Positions 60,471 through 64,000 of a stretch of 64,000 nucleotides of DNA are shown one piece after another; the stretch's first letter is position 1, and every line of letters begins with the position of its first letter. Source of the stretch: an uncultured Bacteroidota bacterium (GTDB taxonomy: Bacteria > Bacteroidota > Ignavibacteria > UBA10030 > UBA6906); assembly GCA_963700635.1 (NCBI GenBank), contig CAVOYH010000003.1, positions 1,024,001-1,088,000 of the forward strand, written 5' to 3'. The notes under the pieces are model-generated. The model made no database searches and had not been told where the DNA came from. It saw nothing but the letters and a program-made list of their open reading frames with translations. The position numbers and the translations under genes are program-made.

Positions 60471-60835
60471 ATCCAGTGGCCTTCAACGTCGGCGTGCCGG
60501 CCTGCTATGAATTTTCCGTGCCTTAAGTAGTTCGAGAGCTTCCTCCACTCGTCGCGGGGCATCGTGTATGGAAAATCGTGATTCCGGCAGCCGGAGCACG
60601 GAAGGCCTTGGGCCGCAGTGGCCGGTAACGAGGCATTCCCGCCCGCCCTGGCGACGGTCTCTGCGCAGACTGGATGCCCGCTCCCTGGGCAGCATTGAGA
60701 TTCTGCTGGTTGTCGACCACCTCGAATGTTTCGCGATCCAGATCGTAGACGAGAAACTTCGGGGCACGCCCGAACCGAGGGTCTAATGGGGCGTGGAGGG
60801 CGGGTTGTACCTGAGGTTGTGAAGACGACTTTCAT
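60467..60835 (-). pseudogene. NifB/NifX-family protein, fragmented
   Basis: MKVVFTTSG, VVDNQQNLNAAQGAGIQSA, LVTGHCGP and ADVEGHWI in alternating frames. Confidence 0.8.
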
Positions 60836-60978
60836 GATCCTTCATTTTTGAACAGTCTGGTCACGCAGGCTCGATGTTCTCCTCGAGAAACGGTCGGTTG
60901 CAGTCCTCCGCCGCCCACGCAGCAGCCACGACGATCAAGGGGCCGACACGGCAAGTTAATGGTTTGCGCTTGATCTGG

Positions 60979-61158
60979 CTAACGGCGGGCGGGCCACGTG
61001 TATTCCGCAGCGTTCTTCGGTTCTATCTCACCAAGCCGCTTTTTTATAGAGTCCAACTCCGATTGCAAGGCCTCGGCCTCGACGACGTGAATCTGGTGCG
61101 CGGTGGCAAAGACCGGCGCCATCCGATTCTTACGGTATGCCAATGCCGTTTTCATCAT
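60979..61158 (-). pseudogene. Chimeric remnant: NifX-like N-terminus joined to a DUF5320-like C-terminus
   Basis: MKTALAYRKNRMAPVFATAHQIHVVE directly followed by AEALQSELDSIKKRLGEIE. Confidence 0.55.
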
Positions 61159-61192
61159 TCGAGTCCTGACCATCGTTTACACCTGTGCATTC

Positions 61193-61208
61193 TGCAAGAG
61201 GAGTGCCA
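61193..61208 (-). promoter_or_regulatory. sigma54 -24/-12 promoter of the island operon
   Basis: TGGCAC-TCCTC-TTGCA, exact consensus, downstream of the PAS-sigma54 activator remnant. Confidence 0.8.
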
Positions 61209-61342
61209 AACGCCAGAAGCCGGTCAGAATGCACTCGCAACGTATTGTAAACACAGGAGATATGGCGATGTGGAAAGATCGGGTGGGAGGGCGAGTGTAG
61301 CGATATTGCTACTGAAGCCTATGTACAATGGGTGCAGTAATG

Positions 61343-62393
61343 CTACTGGTTCCGGCGGGTGCGGTCGTCCTGTTCGGGAAGGGAAATATTCAGCTTTTTC
61401 ATCCTGCGGAAAAGCGTGGTTTTGTGGATGCCAAGCTCCCGAGCTGCCGCCAGCCGGTTGAAGGCGTTTCGTTCGAGTGCGGCGTGGATGGCTTGAGCAT
61501 CGAGAACATTGTGGGCGGACCGCATATCGGCATCCGCGCCCGCCATTACGCCGCGAGCTGTCAATTCTCCGGGGTGAGTGCACGAATTACTGTCCCGTCG
61601 CCACAGAAAGTGACGAACGCACGCTCGATGACGTTTTCCAGCTCGCGGGATCTTTACCCGGCCAATCGTGAGCCATGAGGGAGGGGGCGGCCTCCCGCGG
61701 TTGTCTAGGCACGGGGACTTCTGCTGCAGCCAGTTAAACCGGACGACGATCTGGTACACGAGGAGGGGAATGTCTTGTTTTTTTCGTCGGCGCAGCGGGG
61801 GCAATTCGACGCGCACCACGTTCACGCGGTAGTAGAGGTCATCCCGAAAATGTCCCTGGCGCATTTGGTCAGCCCGGTCTTTGTTTGTTGCCACGATAAC
61901 CGTGCTGGGGCTGGCGGCGATGGCAGGCAGAACCTCGAACACTCGCTGCATCAAGGGGCTTCTGCTGGTCAGGTCGCCGACCCGGAATCTTCCCCTCCAG
62001 TTCCTGTCGCAACGCCTCGACTTCGGAAAGATCAGGATTGTCTCTGCACCGACGATTACCACGCCCATCGCCGTCCCGCAGCATTGCCGTAGAAATGCTG
62101 ATGGGGATCGATTCCGTCAATCAACGATGTACCCGGATTTACCGATAATGGGTTTGCGTGTCTTCAGGGTTTCCTGTAGCGCGCATGCCACCTCGCACGT
62201 GCTCGAACGAAACACATCCGAGCAGCGTCGGCCGATCGCCTCATTACGAGACACACCCGTGATCTCTTCGGCGGCCCGGTTGAACGACGTGACGCGCCAT
62301 TCCATATCCACCGTGAACACTTTCCGAGCTGCTCTCGAGGATAGCTTCGGTAGGCGTAGTGACCTGCGGCGTCTTGCTTTGTGTACCCCTCAT
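61343..62393 (-). pseudogene. PAS-domain sigma54 activator (Fis HTH), frameshifted, AAA+ core deleted
   Basis: TEAILES/VFTVD...FNRAAEEITG PAS; SPSTV joined directly to IVATNK (Walker A, GAFTGA and Walker B missing); DLYYRVNV; AARELGIHKTTLFRRMKKL. Confidence 0.85.
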
Positions 62394-62708
62394 GGTAACG
62401 CGCTCCTGGAGATAGTTCCTCTGGCAGACCGGCTCAAGGAGCAGGCAGACCGCAACATCGGATCAGCCCGGCATAGACAAACCACCAGATCTTGAACAAC
62501 GAATCAACTGACGAAGGGGACTCCGCCATCGAGAACCTCTCCCGAGAATTGGAAGACACATTCGCAAATGCAGGAAGACTGCACCAGCGCGCCCTTTGGG
62601 CACATGAACGCCGGTGAAGAACGGCCTGATTTCCCGAGTGCCGCGCCGCAGCATTCATGGCACGGCGTTTGTATATTGTAAATGGTATTCATTGTCAATA
62701 AGGCTCCC

Positions 62709-63174
62709 GTGAACCACTCCACCACCCCCGCACTGCACGCGACTCTCCGGAAGAAGGCCAACTGCGCCTCGCCGCACCCCGGAGAATAATCATCGATGTT
62801 CTGGTCCGTACGAAGGAACACGTCTCGGCCGAGGAAGTCTACATGGAGGTGTACAAGGCCTACCCGAATGTCGGACTGACAACGGTCTACCGTACCTCGG
62901 TGTACTGGAACACATGGGGATTGTTGCGAAACTGCATTTTGGGGACGGGCGCCGCCGCTACGAACTTGTTGAGGGCCACACGAAATCGACCCCATCACCA
63001 TCACCTCGTTTGCTCGAACTGCAAACGCGTCATCGACTATGACGATTTCGTCGACGAAGAACTTGAGCTCCTGAAGAGAGTGGAGAGGGTGCTTTCCAAG
63101 AAACATGGGTTTCACATTGTGGGGCATGAGATCCAATTCTACGGGAACTGCTTGCGCTGCAAAAAAAGAACTAA
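62709..63174 (+). pseudogene. Fur-family regulator, frameshifted
   Basis: EHVSAEEVY, VGLTTVYRT, HHHHLVCSNCKRVI, IQFYGNCLRC. Confidence 0.85.
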
Positions 63175-63229
63175 GTGTTCTGCTCACTTGCAGAGAACGG
63201 CCTTCGAAGAACACACATGGAGAACACCG

Positions 63230-63684
63230 ATGGAAGATCCCGTGAAGATCGGCATTATCACCATCTGTCACCGCTATCATACCTGTGCCGGTGGAAGATG
63301 GTTGAGAGCGTTCCACAACCATGAAGGGGCATTCCGAGCCTACAAGGACAAGAACGTTGAACTTGTCGGGTACACCACCTGCGCAGGATGCCCGGGAGGC
63401 AATGTTAAGTATGCGCCGGCCGAAATGCAGAAGAACGGCGCCCAGGTCATTCACTTCGCCACAGGTCTCGTTGTCGGATATCCCCCCTGCCCGTATCTCT
63501 TCCATTTCCGGGAGTTCCATCAAGGCCAAGTACGGAATCGACATTGTCATGGGAACGCATCCGATCCCTCAAAGCTATTTCGAGACCCACATGAAGCTGG
63601 GCACATGGGACTCCCCGGAGTGGAAGACGGTCATAGCACCGACACTAACAGATGAGAACACGCGCAGGGAGCCGGTATACCTAA
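63230..63684 (+). pseudogene. CGGC-domain protein, frameshift near 63515
   Basis: KIGIITICHRYHTCAGG, VGYTTCAGCPG, TGLVVGYPPCP, then YGIDIVMGTHPIP in another frame; end approximate. Confidence 0.8.
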
Positions 63685-63734
63685 CCAAAATACAGCAGCA
63701 TCCTTGGCATACACTGTCAACTCAAGGAACACTT

Positions 63735-63940
63735 ATGAAACAGGCGCAACAGGGGAAGAGTAGGAGCTGGCGGACCATACCTATGCCGAAATGTGGACAG
63801 AAACTTCCGCATCGACGTGGAGTTCCCTGTCAGGGGAAGAGAAATGCCCCGTGTGTGGCGCAAAGATGCTCCGCGAGGGCTCACACCATGACCAGCTCCT
63901 GAAGGAAAAACAAGAAAAGAAATCCTCCGGAGATGTCTGA
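63735..63940 (+). pseudogene. Small Cys-rich (zinc-ribbon-like) protein, frameshifted
   Basis: PKCGQKLPHRRGVPC, then KCPVCGAKMLREGSHHDQLL in a shifted frame. Confidence 0.65.
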
Positions 63941-64000
63941 GGCGGCGCATCCTCGCATCGCAGCAGCACTCTGAAGTGACAAAAGAAGGACGTACCATGC

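Noticed and set aside
59320-60486. Apparent TsaA-ATPase fusion ORF
   Set aside because: Mosaic of frames from two broken genes that have their own overlapping stop/start at 59967-59970.
57374-60835. Nitrogen fixation cluster
   Set aside because: Only NifB/NifX-family and IscU-like domains; no nifHDK or radical-SAM nifB, and these domains are common in non-diazotrophs.
62400-62620. Short ORF fragments between the activator remnant and fur
   Set aside because: No recognisable motif in any frame; cannot be assigned.
62843-63655. Apparent Fur-CGGC fusion protein
   Set aside because: Produced by a slip in the A run at ~63161-63167; Fur has a natural stop at 63172-63174 and the CGGC gene has its own SD and ATG.
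63705-63720. Possible third island sigma54 site (TGGCATACACTGTCAA)
   Set aside because: The -12 element is too degenerate in an error-rich region.
55604-64000. Selenocysteine or stop-codon recoding to explain the broken ORFs
   Set aside because: Breaks are frame changes and deletions, not in-frame TGA codons at conserved Cys positions.

Overview
Chromosomal window (GC-rich, roughly 55-60% by eye) from an FCB-group bacterium, most likely Ignavibacteria/Chlorobi-like. Supporting this: a T9SS C-terminal domain, an RprXY-like two-component system, the TPR-DUF4292-EnvC cluster and canonical sigma70 -35/-10 promoters. Bases 1-55.5 kb are mostly intact housekeeping and envelope genes (ABC exporter operon, glnK-amtB, priA, murB, larC, waaA, GT9 heptosyltransferase, hisA, purE, rfbD, serS, fbp, ettA, truA, DUF1800/DUF1501, tRNA-Pro/Arg/Glu), with three isolated +1 frameshifts that look like sequencing indels. 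The most interesting locus (38.2-46.7 kb) looks like an uncharacterised trans-envelope sigma54 signalling system. It has a membrane-bound CHASE2-sigma54 activator fusion, followed by repeated enhancer-like sites and a -24/-12 promoter, two lipoproteins, an outer-membrane beta-barrel fused to a transglutaminase-like Cys-His-Glu domain, and a FecR-like/TPR protein. Also notable: phased GTTAA boxes shared by the two-component and ABC-operon promoters, and a T9SS-CTD-like module inside the kinase sensor domain. After tRNA-Glu (55.5-64 kb) lies a heavily decayed metal/Fe-S accessory island (NifB/NifX-family, IscU-like, 4Fe-4S P-loop ATPases, TsaA, PAS-sigma54 activator, Fur, CGGC protein) with many frameshifts and deletion junctions. 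All calls come from motif recognition by eye; no database searches were run.
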